Source: an uncultured archaeon (GTDB taxonomy: Archaea; Thermoproteota; Bathyarchaeia; Bathyarchaeales; Bathycorpusculaceae). From it: a DNA stretch of 64,000 nt. The DNA is taken from the NCBI GenBank assembly GCA_963782915.1, contig CAWALK010000018.1, positions 192,001 through 256,000 on the forward strand, written 5' to 3'. Of the stretch, positions 49,390 through 60,564 are shown one piece after another. Made by a program: the position numbers and the translations under genes. The notes under the pieces were generated by a model. It had not been told where the DNA came from. It made no database searches and saw only the letters and a list, made by a program, of their open reading frames with translations. Each line of letters opens with the position of its first letter. The stretch's first letter is position 1.

Positions 49390-51379
49390 ACGCCACGGGA
49401 AATCGTTGTGGGTAATGGTCGCGTATTAGTCGCCCTTGATAGCAAGATGATGATAAGGGACTTCTTTTACCCAAATGTTGGATTGGAGAATCATGTTGAT
49501 GGGCACTTTTTTAAACTGGGGGCTTGGACTGAAAACAAGTTTTCTTGGATTGACCAGAATTGGGACATAAAAATGAAGTACTTGCCGGAAACACTGGTTA
49601 GCAAGTGTATAGCTAATAATGAAGAGTCAGCTCTTCAACTTGAGATCAATGATGCCGTCCACAGTTTTCTGGATGTATACTTACGCAAAATTGTAATTCA
49701 TAATAACGTAGATAGAAAAAGAGAGGTTCGTTTATTTTTTTCTCATGACTTTCATATTTATGGGGAAGATACTGGTGACACAGCAATCTATGATCCCAAT
49801 TTAAAATCTATTATCCATTATAAACGAAAACGATATTTTCTAATCAACGGGTTGACAGATCAAGACCAAGGAATTTATCAATTTGCAACAGGTCAGAAAG
49901 AGTCTTTTGGAAAAGAAGGCACTTGGAAAGACGCAGAAGACGGTGATCTCCAAGGAAATCCAGTAGCTCAAGGTTCTGTTGACTCAACAATTTCTTTTAG
50001 GTTAGAAATTGAGCCCAACTCTTCAAACACATTTTATTATTGGATAGCATGCGGACAAGATCTTAGCGAAATTAAGAACCTCGACGCTAAAATTAAGAAA
50101 ATAGGGGTCGAGCAGTTGTTACTTGAAACAGAAAACTACTGGAGCGCTTGGATCAATAAACAAAACATAGAAACTAGAAGCCTACCTCGAGAAATAGCGC
50201 GACTATTCAAGACTTCACTGTTGATAATGCGTTCACATGTTGATAGTAATGGGGGAATAATTTCTTCTTGCGATTCAGACGTGTTACAATTCAACCGTGA
50301 TACCTATTCGTACGTATGGCCGCGAGACGGGGCAATCGTTGCTTTGGCATTTGACATGGCAGGTTATCCTGAAGTTTCACGCATGTTTTTCCAGTTTTGT
50401 GATAAAACCATTAATGAAGATGGCTACTTTAGTCACAAATATTCACCCGATGGGTCAATAGGAAGTAGCTGGCATGCAATGGTCGACATTCGGGGTAAAC
50501 TTCAATTGCCTATCCAAGAAGATGAAACAGCACTTGTCTTGTTTGCTTTGTACAAACACTTTCAAAAATACCATGATATAGAATTTATTTCCACAGTTTA
50601 TCCTAGATTGGTGTTAAAAACTACTGAATTCTTGCTCGATTTTATTGATCCCCAAACAGGTCTTCCCAAGCCTTCATTTGATATTTGGGAAGAAAAAGTT
50701 GGCGTATACACTTCCACAGTGTCCACTGTGATTTCGGCTCTTCAGTCTGCCGCAAAATTAGCTAAAGTATTCTACGATCGGGAAAGACAGGATTTACTAA
50801 GTGCAGCATCTACCAAAATGAAAGAAAATATGCTGACTAAGCTCTATGATACAAATGCTAAAAGGTTCAAAAAGGCAATATACTCTGACAATACTAACGA
50901 CTTAACAGTAGATAGCAGTCTATCGTTTGCTTTTATCCAAGGTGCTTTCGAAGCCGGCAGTAAGGAAGTAAGAAACACCATGAATACAATTATTGATAGG
51001 CTTTGGATTAAATCAGAAATTGGAGGATTAGCTCGTTACGAAAATGACAATTATCACAGGATTTTCCGAGAGACCCCAGGGAACCCTTGGTTTATTTGTA
51101 CACTCTGGCTCGCCCGATGGCATATAGCAACTGCCGCCTCGTTCGAGGAACTCAACAAGGGGTTAACGCTGCCTAGAATGGACAGCTAAGTATGCCTTGC
51201 AATCTGGAGAATTAGCTGAGCAGATTAATCCTCGGACTGGTGAGGCAATTTCTGTGGCTCCACTAATTTGGAGCCACGCGGAATTTGTAATTGCAGTATG
51301 CGAGTATAATGAAAAGAAAAAAGAGCTCTTAGCTATGGCTTCAAATCAAGGCTTAGACAGTTTGGAGAAATCGCCATGA
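49390..51379 (+). CDS. GH15 glucoamylase/trehalase-like glycoside hydrolase (frameshift near 51170)
   Basis: PREIVVGNG start, YSYVWPRDG, QEDET, DIWEE, LAEQ, PLIWSHA. Confidence 0.9.
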
Positions 51380-51681
51380 CTTTTTATTTTCTTTGCGGAA
51401 TAAATGAAGTGTTAGAAGGAGAGCTAAGGGAATTTATCTTAAAAGAAGTTGAAATCCTTGCCGTCAAATATTCTGGGCAAATTTATTGTTTGCAGGCACG
51501 CTGTACTCATGCGGGGGCACCTCTGGTGGAAGGGGAGCTAAACGAGGAGGTTTTACAGTGCCCCTGGCATGGCTCCCGGTTTAATATTAGAACAGGTTTG
51601 GTGATCAGGGGACCAGCCGTGAAACAGTTACTTATGTATAATTGCATTACCGAAGGAGACCGATTGCTTGTTGAATTATAG
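51376..51681 (+). CDS. Rieske-type ferredoxin
   Basis: CTHAG...CPWHG. Confidence 0.9.
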   Translation: MTFYFLCGINEVLEGELREFILKEVEILAVKYSGQIYCLQARCTHAGAPLVEGELNEEVLQCPWHGSRFNIRTGLVIRGPAVKQLLMYNCITEGDRLLVEL

Positions 51682-51832
51682 TAGTTAGAGGGCTTTTCAA
51701 ATCATGCGTTCTATTCTAAAATGTAATAACGGTAAGGCATCTCTCTTCGCATACGTCATGATATTCATTTACTCATTCCCACGAATAGTCTTACCTTATT
51801 GAATTTTATAGAAGCACTTGCGGCTTAGCGTT

Positions 51833-52048
51833 TCAGGCTTTTCCTTTGAGGCAATAATACGAATTCTTAAGTCCATATTTGGTGAAGACGGGACAAGGTG
51901 AAGTACAGTCGCAAGAAACACTTTTGACTTTTTCCTTTGCTTTTCCCTTCGCGCAAAAAAGTATCCCTGTTAAATTGGAGTTTTTATAGGTAGGGCACCC
52001 TGGGCATAAACATAGTTTTTGGTTTTCTTCATTATCTATTACTGGCAT
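51833..52048 (-). CDS. DUF2769-like Cys-rich protein
   Basis: CLCPGCPTY, LFCAKGK, CDC..CPV, YYC. Confidence 0.75.
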   Translation of the reverse strand: MPVIDNEENQKLCLCPGCPTYKNSNLTGILFCAKGKAKEKVKSVSCDCTSPCPVFTKYGLKNSYYCLKGKA

Positions 52049-52286
52049 TGCCGTATTACCATTTGGAAACTACTCTGTCAAGATCTAATAACGATATGTG
52101 ACTGCATAGTACCAACAACCGCAGATTTCGTCATAATATCCGAAAAGATGTTGCCCAGACAGTATTAGGCAATGTGACTGTAGAAGTGGCGGTCAAATAA
52201 GACAGTTGTTGCTAATTGTAATCACATAGTCTTATCAGCCATTTTTTGCATCCCTCCTTTGAAGGTTTAGTTTGGAGGTGAATTTT

Positions 52287-52484
52287 TTGAGTAAATCAAG
52301 TGCCAATGAAGATAAACGTAAAGGAAAAATGACTGTTGAAGAGGCGGGTCGAAAGGGTGGGGAAAAGACATCCCAGGAGAAAGGACCGGAATTCTATAGT
52401 GAAATCGGCAGTAAAGGTGGACAAAAAGGTGGACCACGAGTCCGAGAGCTAATCGAAGAAGGCAAAGAGCACGAAGAGGAATAG
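52287..52484 (+). CDS. GsiB/Em-like KGG stress-induced protein
   Basis: MTVEEAGRKGG, EFYSEIGSKGG; GGAGGTGA RBS. Confidence 0.85.
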   Translation: MSKSSANEDKRKGKMTVEEAGRKGGEKTSQEKGPEFYSEIGSKGGQKGGPRVRELIEEGKEHEEE

Positions 52485-52560
52485 TCTGCCCGAGAGACGC
52501 ATCTTGACCAACCATTTTTCTTAGTGCTTAATTCTTTTTAGAAAGCTGCTATCTATTTAT

Positions 52561-54663
52561 TTGCTGTTTTTTGCAACAACAATAGTTTATGTATTCTTTA
52601 TTTCTTATTTCGATAAGCGGCTCTTTCTTTGGCTAATACAACGAGGTTTTTGTTTGACTTACCAGAAAGCTCACGGTAGAACACGCGCTTTTGAAATAGC
52701 CAAGGGAATAGTCTTTATTATTTTCGGTATCATTGCGTTTGCTAATCCTAAAGCCGGCCTCATAACACTTGCGATAATATTTGGACTTGACTTATTAATT
52801 GTACATCTCATCAAGCTTGTTGCCGATATCAGGTTGACTGGTCCTCAAAAAAGACTCAGAGAAACCAATGTTGCTTTTGACTCACTCGCAATTGCGGTCG
52901 GTATAATTATGATAGCGATTCCAACCCTAATTGTTCGTGTGCTAGTCATACCTATCATAATAGGCTTGTTTATTTTTGGCGCAACAAGAATAGCCAACGG
53001 AGGATTCTCGGAAGGGCTATCACGTCGGCGTAGAATCCTAACAGTTACCTTAGGAGTTGTATTGATTAGTTTAGGGATCGCAGCAATTGCTTCGCCAACA
53101 GGCCTTTTCTATCTTTTAGCTTACCTAATGGCCGTAGTTTTCTTAGTGTTAGGCGGAGAGAGCCTGTTTTTGGGTTTAACAAACAAAATTCCAGCACCAA
53201 CTAAACAGCCCACAACCATAGAAAAAAGTGAGTCTGGTCCAGGTCAAATTATGGAAGTCCCGCGTACTTCCAATGTTTTGAAGCTTCTAACTGATGCTTT
53301 TGGACGGTACCGCAAGACTGGAGAAAAAGCGAAAATTTTACCAGCAGAAAAGGAACCGAGTGAGAAGAAAAAAATTCTTAGCTATTCCCAGATTCAAAAC
53401 ATGGTTATGCGTTCGGAGCAATATGTGGCGTTGTATAGTCTAATAAACAAGCTTGCCTTGGATGGAGGCGGTTGGAATAGAATAAAAACGTTCATCCCTC
53501 CAACTAGTGACATTAACAGCGTAATTCCGCGTTTTGACAGTGACCTGTTAATTCAGTTAGCTCTACTTGACTTGCGAAAAGAACCTATAATAGTTCAATA
53601 TCCAGCGATCAGTTCGAGATATGTGTCGTTGGAAATTTCTGGGTTCGATCATTACTGCAAAGTACCACTTTCAACGACGAAGGGCGATTTCAAGAAACCA
53701 ACTACTCTTCTGTTTTTTTCGAAGCGCAGTGAAGATTATACTGGACAATCGGTTAAGGGCGTTGACTGGTATATCGAGGTTGATTGTGATTTTATTATTG
53801 CTCTTTTTCGGGTTCTTCCTGAGATAGTTGACTCAAAGGAAAAACTTTTTTCAGAGGTAGAGAAGATCACCTTGAGATCAATGAGCCAATGGCTTGGCGA
53901 ATCTGCAAAAGATATAATGGACACACATTTTCCCGCATTTGGCAAAACAGAGGTCGAAGTCTTTGGAACTAACTTGCTCGAAGTCATACAGTTCATAATG
54001 AATCATACAACTTTTGATCCGAGCGTCGAGATGGACAGGGCCTTTTTAGCGGCCTATGAACCGTTGGGTGTGGTTCCGGGAAAAGATTTTGATCAAACCA
54101 AAATTCCCAAAATCGATTTACCATATTTCAGTGAGGTAGCTCAACAGATTATTAATGAAGCGAAAACGAAACAAAATGATTTGCTGGCACAGGAGCGAAT
54201 GGTTTTTCAGCGATATAGATCAAAGGGTAAAATTGACTTGGAAACAGAGTTGGTTCAATCAGTAATGGGTCCTCTTGGTTTGCCCTCAGAGGAGATATTG
54301 TATTTTCCACTTTTGGTGACGGATGACAAACCCTTCAATGCTTTGCATGATTATTCTTTGCATATAAGCAAGGATGAATTACCCCCTGCCAAGGCATGGT
54401 CAGTTACGTTATATGATTTGAAAAACGGTTTGTTGGTTCCTAACGATAAAAACAAGCATTCGACTGGCATTAAAGAAAATGTTAAGGGTGATATCGAGAT
54501 TTTTATAAGTGCTAAAAAACCTGTGGCTCTTCCTGAGGAGAACTGGTTACCCATAAACCGTGAAGATAGAGACCTTTACTTACTATTGCGCTTGTATGTT
54601 CCCGATCTGGAGAAAATAAAGATGGGTTGGAAATCGCCGCAGATAAAACTAATCGATAACTAG
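52561..54663 (+). CDS. HdeD/DUF308-like membrane domain fused to DUF1254/DUF1214-like domain
   Basis: Six short TM segments, then LLDLRKEP, RYVSLE, PPAKAWSVTLY, NWLP, LRLYVP; true start probably near 52654. Confidence 0.7.
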   Translation: MLFFATTIVYVFFISYFDKRLFLWLIQRGFCLTYQKAHGRTRAFEIAKGIVFIIFGIIAFANPKAGLITLAIIFGLDLLIVHLIKLVADIRLTGPQKRLRETNVAFDSLAIAVGIIMIAIPTLIVRVLVIPIIIGLFIFGATRIANGGFSEGLSRRRRILTVTLGVVLISLGIAAIASPTGLFYLLAYLMAVVFLVLGGESLFLGLTNKIPAPTKQPTTIEKSESGPGQIMEVPRTSNVLKLLTDAFGRYRKTGEKAKILPAEKEPSEKKKILSYSQIQNMVMRSEQYVALYSLINKLALDGGGWNRIKTFIPPTSDINSVIPRFDSDLLIQLALLDLRKEPIIVQYPAISSRYVSLEISGFDHYCKVPLSTTKGDFKKPTTLLFFSKRSEDYTGQSVKGVDWYIEVDCDFIIALFRVLPEIVDSKEKLFSEVEKITLRSMSQWLGESAKDIMDTHFPAFGKTEVEVFGTNLLEVIQFIMNHTTFDPSVEMDRAFLAAYEPLGVVPGKDFDQTKIPKIDLPYFSEVAQQIINEAKTKQNDLLAQERMVFQRYRSKGKIDLETELVQSVMGPLGLPSEEILYFPLLVTDDKPFNALHDYSLHISKDELPPAKAWSVTLYDLKNGLLVPNDKNKHSTGIKENVKGDIEIFISAKKPVALPEENWLPINREDRDLYLLLRLYVPDLEKIKMGWKSPQIKLIDN

Positions 54664-54751
54664 AGCCGCGTATGCCTGATGATAGGCCAATTTTTGAGAA
54701 AAATGCAGACCTTAATAATTTCCTAAATGACTCTATAAGTGGAAGTGTTTT

Positions 54752-55141
54752 ATGGCCATGGATGAACAAGAGGTTTTAGCCGTTGTTCGAACCTTATTGG
54801 CATATGAACGCAATTACTTGTCCATCGAGCGAACGCAATTAGCCCAGCTAAGAACAGGTTTAACCTTATCATTGATTACTCCACCGGCAGCTGCAACTTT
54901 AGCGTATGCGTTTGATTTTCTCCCTAAAAATTATTACATCAGCATTGTAGTATACATTTTCCTAATCATAATTACCTTGTACGGCGTCTGGATGTCGATA
55001 AATTCGTTTTATAAATTAAAAGATACCAGAAGAGTCCAAAGCCGAATACACCAACGCCAACTCGAAGTTATGGGAAAATCAAGCATGATTAATGCTCTTT
55101 TTGAAGACTTCCTGACTAACGAAAAGAAAGAGAGAGCTTAG
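54752..55141 (+). CDS. DUF202-like membrane protein
   Basis: LAYERNYL, ERTQLAQLRTGL. Confidence 0.75.
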   Translation: MAMDEQEVLAVVRTLLAYERNYLSIERTQLAQLRTGLTLSLITPPAAATLAYAFDFLPKNYYISIVVYIFLIIITLYGVWMSINSFYKLKDTRRVQSRIHQRQLEVMGKSSMINALFEDFLTNEKKERA

Positions 55142-55352
55142 TCACACATCAACAACTGCAACGGGATTTTGAGGTTAGCCTTCAAATGCTAGAAGACCGG
55201 CACTAGGTGCATTTTGTGAAATTTGCCTAAAAAGCTTCTATGGAGTTAGAACCCAATATCAAAGTTAGACATAGGGGCACAGGCAAACAAACAAGGGCTT
55301 ATTGCATTACAACTTTAGGTCTGTCTTTAAATTTACAAGTTCTATCATAACA

Positions 55353-56261
55353 TCAATACATTCGAAGTTCAGGGACGTCCATTCCTGTTTCGCTTTTTCT
55401 GAAAATCTTCCAGATATTCAATTGAAGCTTTTTCAAGTCATTTAAGTCGTTTGCAAGTGCCTTTATTATCAGCCCTTTGTTATCAACCATTTCTGTAGCC
55501 CCGCCATAGATAGTTTGAAAATCAATTAGTTTCTTAGCATTAACTGCATTGTCCGAATACCAATAGGCTTTAAGATAAAACTTGTAATTTCCAAAAATAA
55601 CGTCTAATATCTCTTTATCTTGTCGTGTAAATGTAGTACTTTCGTTAAGTAACAATTTTTTATCTTTCTCAATCATTACTTTTGAAGAATAGACTTCAAA
55701 GTCCCAAAATTCTCCCCGCTCAACTCGTCCTGGACAAAAAATTTCGCAATAAAGCATTTTTGCACCTTCGCTTACATGAAAAACTACTCTTTGGTGCCAT
55801 CGTGAGTCGATAAAAGCCATGGTTTCTCTTGGAAGGAATTCTAGTCGACTATTTTTTCCAAGGTAAACTTCAACTTGTTTGCTGGCATAATTTAAATCCA
55901 TTTTATATATTTTTGTAGCCATCGTATCGGTGATGAAGGCTTCTGCACCTTCCTTTAGTTGTATCTTGTAAAAATAGCGGTCTCCCTGCACTATTCCACC
56001 TGTTGGATTCATGAAAAGTATGTATGGCAAACCTGGCAAATAGGGATCATAGTATAGTTCTCTAAGAATTTTTGCTGGAACTTCATTATAAATATCCGTG
56101 AGATACGTTTTATCGCCAAATTTAGTAAACGTCAAGTCAGCAACGGCATTTTTGCCCGAAGACCCAACTGCAAGTCTTGTTTGCTCTGCTTCAAATTCCA
56201 CAAAAGCTGATGGCAAACCACTTAGATCTTGAATCACGTCTTGAACGACTTCCTGAGTCAT
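55353..56261 (-). CDS. ureD: Urease accessory protein UreD
   Basis: GGIVQGD, ATKIYKM, LEFLP, PGRVERGE. Confidence 0.9.
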   Translation of the reverse strand: MTQEVVQDVIQDLSGLPSAFVEFEAEQTRLAVGSSGKNAVADLTFTKFGDKTYLTDIYNEVPAKILRELYYDPYLPGLPYILFMNPTGGIVQGDRYFYKIQLKEGAEAFITDTMATKIYKMDLNYASKQVEVYLGKNSRLEFLPRETMAFIDSRWHQRVVFHVSEGAKMLYCEIFCPGRVERGEFWDFEVYSSKVMIEKDKKLLLNESTTFTRQDKEILDVIFGNYKFYLKAYWYSDNAVNAKKLIDFQTIYGGATEMVDNKGLIIKALANDLNDLKKLQLNIWKIFRKSETGMDVPELRMY

Positions 56262-56905
56262 CTGAAGAGAGCCTTTTCTCTTATTATTTTCACCACTTCA
56301 TCTAATCCTTTGCCATCTTTTAGGGACAACAAGACAGTTGGTTTATCGCCTCTGAGTTTTTTTGCATCTTCCATCATAAGATCCAGGTTAGCTGTCTTTA
56401 TGCCTGATTCTAAAATCGTGGATTCAACGTAAGGAGCTAAGTCTATTTTGTTTATCAACAGCAAATCAGATTTTTTAATTCCTAAACCGCCTTTCCGAAT
56501 GGTTTTGTCTCCGCCCGCTACGTCAACCATGTAAATAAAGAAATCCGCCAATCTTGGACTGAATGTTAGCGTTATGTTGTCTCCTCCAGATTCTATCAAG
56601 ATAACATTTAGTCCTGGGTTTTCTTTTTCAAGTTTCTCTGCTGCATCCATGTTCATTGAGGGGTCGTCTCTTACGGCTGTATGAGGGCATCCTCCTGTTT
56701 CTATTCCTAAGATTAAGTTGGGGTCGATATCTTTGCCAAGTCTTGCTGCTAGTCTTCGTGCATCTTCTTTGGAGTAAACATCGTTTGATATCGCTCCAAC
56801 TTTGAACCCTTGCTCAACCAGCTTTGGAACCAATTTTTCAATTAACTCGGTCTTTCCACAGCCAATTGCGCCGCCTATTCCAATTCTAACAGTTCTAATA
56901 CTCAT
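56258..56905 (-). CDS. ureG: Urease accessory GTPase UreG
   Basis: GCGKT, ETGGCPH, ESGGDN, NKIDL. Confidence 0.95.
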   Translation of the reverse strand: MSIRTVRIGIGGAIGCGKTELIEKLVPKLVEQGFKVGAISNDVYSKEDARRLAARLGKDIDPNLILGIETGGCPHTAVRDDPSMNMDAAEKLEKENPGLNVILIESGGDNITLTFSPRLADFFIYMVDVAGGDKTIRKGGLGIKKSDLLLINKIDLAPYVESTILESGIKTANLDLMMEDAKKLRGDKPTVLLSLKDGKGLDEVVKIIREKALFR

Positions 56906-56926
56906 TTTTTCTCATTCCACTCCTTT

Positions 56927-57595
56927 TTAACTCATGAACATCCTACTTTGACTTAATTCATGCCTCATCGAGGCAATGTCAACCACCGGAAAAGATTGGT
57001 GCAAATCAGACAACTTGAGAGGCTTTACCTGAATTGACGTTACTGCATTAATTAGAATTTTTTGTGCTTCTATGTAATCGATTATTCCCATTCTCACTAA
57101 CGAAGCAGTGACTTCCATCAGATTAACGTACAAAAGGGATAAAGCGCCTAAATCTTTGAAGTGAAACTGAATGGATACAAGCGCTAAAACAACTGGGTAT
57201 GTTCCGTAAGCAGTATCAGATTTGATAAAACTCTTGTAAGTTTTTCCTATAGAGTCGTCAGTGAATTCTGTTGCGTTCATCATGCTTCTGCCCATCTTGA
57301 CGATGGCTGATCTATTTTCTTCAGTAACTTTAGAGCTATAACAAATTTCATCGATTTTTTTTAACAATTCGATATCTTCTTTTTCGATTGCTTCCAAAGC
57401 TTGATAGAAGATACCAAGATCAAACGTTTTCCAAATCTTTTCTAAGTAAATATTGAGTATTTTTGCCACTTTTTCTTTAGGCAGCAAATTTTCATTAATT
57501 ACCTGTTCCATGCCCTGCGACATGGTAAATGACCCCATTGGAAAAAATGAGTCAGAAGTTCTAAGTAAATTTAAAAGCGTCTCATTTTCAGTCAA
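56927..57595 (-). CDS. ureF: Urease accessory protein UreF
   Basis: DSFFPMGSFTMSQGME, HE...SRMFMS. Confidence 0.9.
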   Translation of the reverse strand: MTENETLLNLLRTSDSFFPMGSFTMSQGMEQVINENLLPKEKVAKILNIYLEKIWKTFDLGIFYQALEAIEKEDIELLKKIDEICYSSKVTEENRSAIVKMGRSMMNATEFTDDSIGKTYKSFIKSDTAYGTYPVVLALVSIQFHFKDLGALSLLYVNLMEVTASLVRMGIIDYIEAQKILINAVTSIQVKPLKLSDLHQSFPVVDIASMRHELSQSRMFMS

Positions 57596-57597
57596 AA

Positions 57598-58083
57598 TTA
57601 TTCCTCATCTTCGCCCCCATGATATCCTGCCGAAGACATTGAGATTATTTTTTGAATCGATTCGAACTTTATTGGCAGATTCATGGATGCCAATATTTTC
57701 CTAACTTTTTCTTCTCCTATTGTAACGGGAACAAAAACTGTGTCACCTTCAACCAAAATCTCGAGATGGCGATTACCTAAATTATAACCTAACTTTATCG
57801 CTTTTTCTATTATATCATCGCTCTGTGATTTGTCCAACGTTACTTTTATTACAAGTTCAGGATCAATCAAAATTTTATAGTAATTCCCGTTTGCTGAAGG
57901 CCCAAAAACGTCACCTTGCCCTATCGGTTGACCTCTTGGTAAATTGATTATCAGGTCTTCTCCGTCGCTTAGCTTAGTTCTTACTCTACCTCTCATTGCA
58001 TCTTGTCTGTTGGTTGTTACCACTTGGGGGTTTTCGACGTTGATTTGATTTGCTAATTTTTCAAAAATAATCATGCGACACAA
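57598..58083 (-). CDS. ureE: Urease accessory protein UreE
   Basis: GYNLGNRH; no His-rich tail. Confidence 0.85.
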   Translation of the reverse strand: MCRMIIFEKLANQINVENPQVVTTNRQDAMRGRVRTKLSDGEDLIINLPRGQPIGQGDVFGPSANGNYYKILIDPELVIKVTLDKSQSDDIIEKAIKLGYNLGNRHLEILVEGDTVFVPVTIGEEKVRKILASMNLPIKFESIQKIISMSSAGYHGGEDEE

Positions 58084-58093
58084 ACATCTCTTT

Positions 58094-58426
58094 TCAGTTA
58101 GTCTTGTTCAGAATCGCTTCTTTAAGCTGTTCAGCCCTTTCAGTTTCGTCAACAAAACCAAAATGCTTGTGCACTAGTGGACTCACAAGAGCTGTCATAA
58201 ACCTTTCGTCCTTGAGCAATACCTGGCTGCCGATGTCTAAGTTCTCTGCTATGTATACCTCTCGCATGAGATGTTTGGGAAAATCTAAATTCAAATGGGT
58301 TTGTTGATCAACCCAGCCCGAAAGATTGGAAATTTTAAGAGCGGTGACTTCTCCATGCTTAACTTTTTTAGGATCAATTACCGCTCCGTTTTCGACGTTA
58401 GAAATATATGTGAAATGTCTAATCAA
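58094..58426 (-). CDS. Uncharacterised 110-aa protein inside the urease operon
   Basis: Fills the ureC-ureE gap co-directionally; GGAG RBS, TTG start. Confidence 0.7.
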   Translation of the reverse strand: MIRHFTYISNVENGAVIDPKKVKHGEVTALKISNLSGWVDQQTHLNLDFPKHLMREVYIAENLDIGSQVLLKDERFMTALVSPLVHKHFGFVDETERAEQLKEAILNKTN

Positions 58427-58466
58427 ATTAACCGTTGCTCCAAAAAAAGAATAAAAAACTCAGAAT

Positions 58467-60182
58467 CTACACTAGATGGTAGAGCTGAGTTAACGGTAAT
58501 TCTTTTGCAGGCTCTGAAGTTGCGGGTTTACCGTTGAATGTTACTTTGTATGTTTCAGGATCGATCTTTATTTCTCCGAGCGTGTTATTCCGAACCATTT
58601 GCTGCTTGCCCAGGTTTCTGACGTTGCGTACTGGTAGAACTTGGCGTTGTATGCCATATTTCTCCTTGATGCCATGTTCAATTGCCAATTTCGATGTGAA
58701 CAATGCGGATGTTGTTGATCTTGCAAGACCGAATCCTCCAAACATTGGTCTGAAGAAGATTGGTTCTACTGGTGGAACTGAAGCATTAGGGTCGCCCATC
58801 ATTGCGTACGCTATGAAACCTCCCTTGAAAACTATGTTAGGTTTTACTCCGAAGAATCGAGGGTCCCACAGTACTATGTCAGCCATTTTTCCTTTTTCAA
58901 GACTACCCACATAATCGGAAACGCCATTGGTTATAGCAGGATTTATGTTAAGCTTAGCCAAGTACCTCAATACTCTAAAGTTGTCGTTGTCTGGAGAGTC
59001 TTCCATCAGTTTTCCAAATTGCGCCTTCATTTTGTGTGCGGTTTGCCAGCATCTGGTTGAGACTTCTCCTGTTCTGCCCATTGCTTGGCTATCAGCTGAA
59101 TACATGCTCAAAATACCCCAATCGTGGAATACGTCTTCAGCGGCTATGGTTTCGGCTCTAATTCTTGATTCTGCAAAGGCAACATCTTCGGGAACTTTTG
59201 GATTTAGGTGGTGGGTTACCATAACCATGTCGAGATGCTCATCAATAGTGTTAACGGTATAGGGTCTTGTTGGGTTTGTTGAGGATGGTAAAGCGTTGGG
59301 TTCTCCAGCGATTTTCATGATGTCTGGTGCATGTCCTCCTCCTGCGCCTTCCGTATGATAAGTATGCACTGTTCTTCCGTCAATTGCGTCGATAGTGTCG
59401 TCAACATAGCCACCTTCATTGAGTGAATCCGTGTGTATCGCTATTTGCACATCGTATTCATCGGCAACACTCAAACCAGTGTCCAAAGATGCCCTAGTAG
59501 CACCCCAGTCTTCATGCATTTTAAATCCTCCAGCGCCAGCGGCAAGTTCCTCAACCAATGTTTCTTTTCTGCTATCGTTTGCTTTGCCCAAGATTAGCCA
59601 GTTGATGGGTAATCCTCCAATTGCTTCAATCATTTTCCTTATGTTCCAAGGTCCAGGTGTGCAAGTGGTCGCATTTGTTCCATCCGCAGGTCCTGTGCCT
59701 CCACCCACATAGGTTGTTATGCCGTTTGCTATGGCATGGAATACTTGCTGCGGAGAAATCATATGTACATGAGTGTCGAAGAAGCCAGCAGTAGCTATCA
59801 GCCCTTCTCCGGCTGTTACTTCTGTGGCGTTGCTAACACACAAGTTTTCGTTGACGTTATCCATTGTGTTCGGATTTCCAGCCTTTCCAATTCCAGCAAT
59901 CAACCCATTTCTGATGCCTATGTCGGCTTTCACAACGCCCAATATCGGATCCAAAACGACAACGTTGGTGATAACATGGTCCAGAGCACCATCTGCCTGT
60001 GTAGTGCCATCCGCTAAACCCATTCCTTGTCGCGCACTTTTTCCACCGCCGAAAACCAATTCGTCGCCGTATGTCGCAACATCCTTTTCTACTTCAATGA
60101 CCAAGTTTGTGTCAGCCAATTGAATCTTATCGCCTTTTGTGGGGCCATATAAGTCAAGATATTGTTTTCGTGGAATTTTCAT
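58467..60182 (-). CDS. ureC: Urease alpha (catalytic) subunit
   Basis: [34 protein letters not shown]. Confidence 0.97.
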   Translation of the reverse strand: MKIPRKQYLDLYGPTKGDKIQLADTNLVIEVEKDVATYGDELVFGGGKSARQGMGLADGTTQADGALDHVITNVVVLDPILGVVKADIGIRNGLIAGIGKAGNPNTMDNVNENLCVSNATEVTAGEGLIATAGFFDTHVHMISPQQVFHAIANGITTYVGGGTGPADGTNATTCTPGPWNIRKMIEAIGGLPINWLILGKANDSRKETLVEELAAGAGGFKMHEDWGATRASLDTGLSVADEYDVQIAIHTDSLNEGGYVDDTIDAIDGRTVHTYHTEGAGGGHAPDIMKIAGEPNALPSSTNPTRPYTVNTIDEHLDMVMVTHHLNPKVPEDVAFAESRIRAETIAAEDVFHDWGILSMYSADSQAMGRTGEVSTRCWQTAHKMKAQFGKLMEDSPDNDNFRVLRYLAKLNINPAITNGVSDYVGSLEKGKMADIVLWDPRFFGVKPNIVFKGGFIAYAMMGDPNASVPPVEPIFFRPMFGGFGLARSTTSALFTSKLAIEHGIKEKYGIQRQVLPVRNVRNLGKQQMVRNNTLGEIKIDPETYKVTFNGKPATSEPAKELPLTQLYHLV

Positions 60183-60186
60183 TTTT

Positions 60187-60564
60187 TTACGCTCCTTTGA
60201 ATTTTAGCTTATTAGCTTTTCTTAGGGCCATATCTTTTCGGTAGATAGTCCGTACGCTGCCATCGACAAGGTTGTTGAATCCATGGACGTACTTTTTGCC
60301 TCCGTATTCGACAAGCGTGACTTCTTTTTCTTGTCCTGGTTCAAATCTTACGCTTGTACCTGCTGGAATTGCAAGTTTCATACCATACGCTTTTTCTCTT
60401 TCGAAGTCTAATGCCCTATTTGCTTCAAAGAAATGGAAGTGCGAACCGACTTGGATTCCTCTGTCACCCGTATTTTTCACTTTTAATGTAATCGATTTTC
60501 TAAATTGGAAAGCTTCTATATCCCCTTGTCCAAGGGTTATTTGACCTACTGTGTTTGGCGTCAT
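60187..60564 (-). CDS. ureB: Urease beta subunit
   Basis: [29 protein letters not shown]. Confidence 0.96.
   Translation of the reverse strand: MTPNTVGQITLGQGDIEAFQFRKSITLKVKNTGDRGIQVGSHFHFFEANRALDFEREKAYGMKLAIPAGTSVRFEPGQEKEVTLVEYGGKKYVHGFNNLVDGSVRTIYRKDMALRKANKLKFKGA

Noticed and set aside
9834-51379. Frameshifts in pepP, ogg, both purP, purC, mvhA, hdrB, hdrC, two PIN toxins, GH15 and others, read as mass pseudogenisation or programmed frameshifting
   Set aside because: They are isolated single-base indels in otherwise well-conserved, often essential genes, with no accompanying nonsense decay or shared slippery motif. Assembly error is the simplest explanation; read mapping would settle it.
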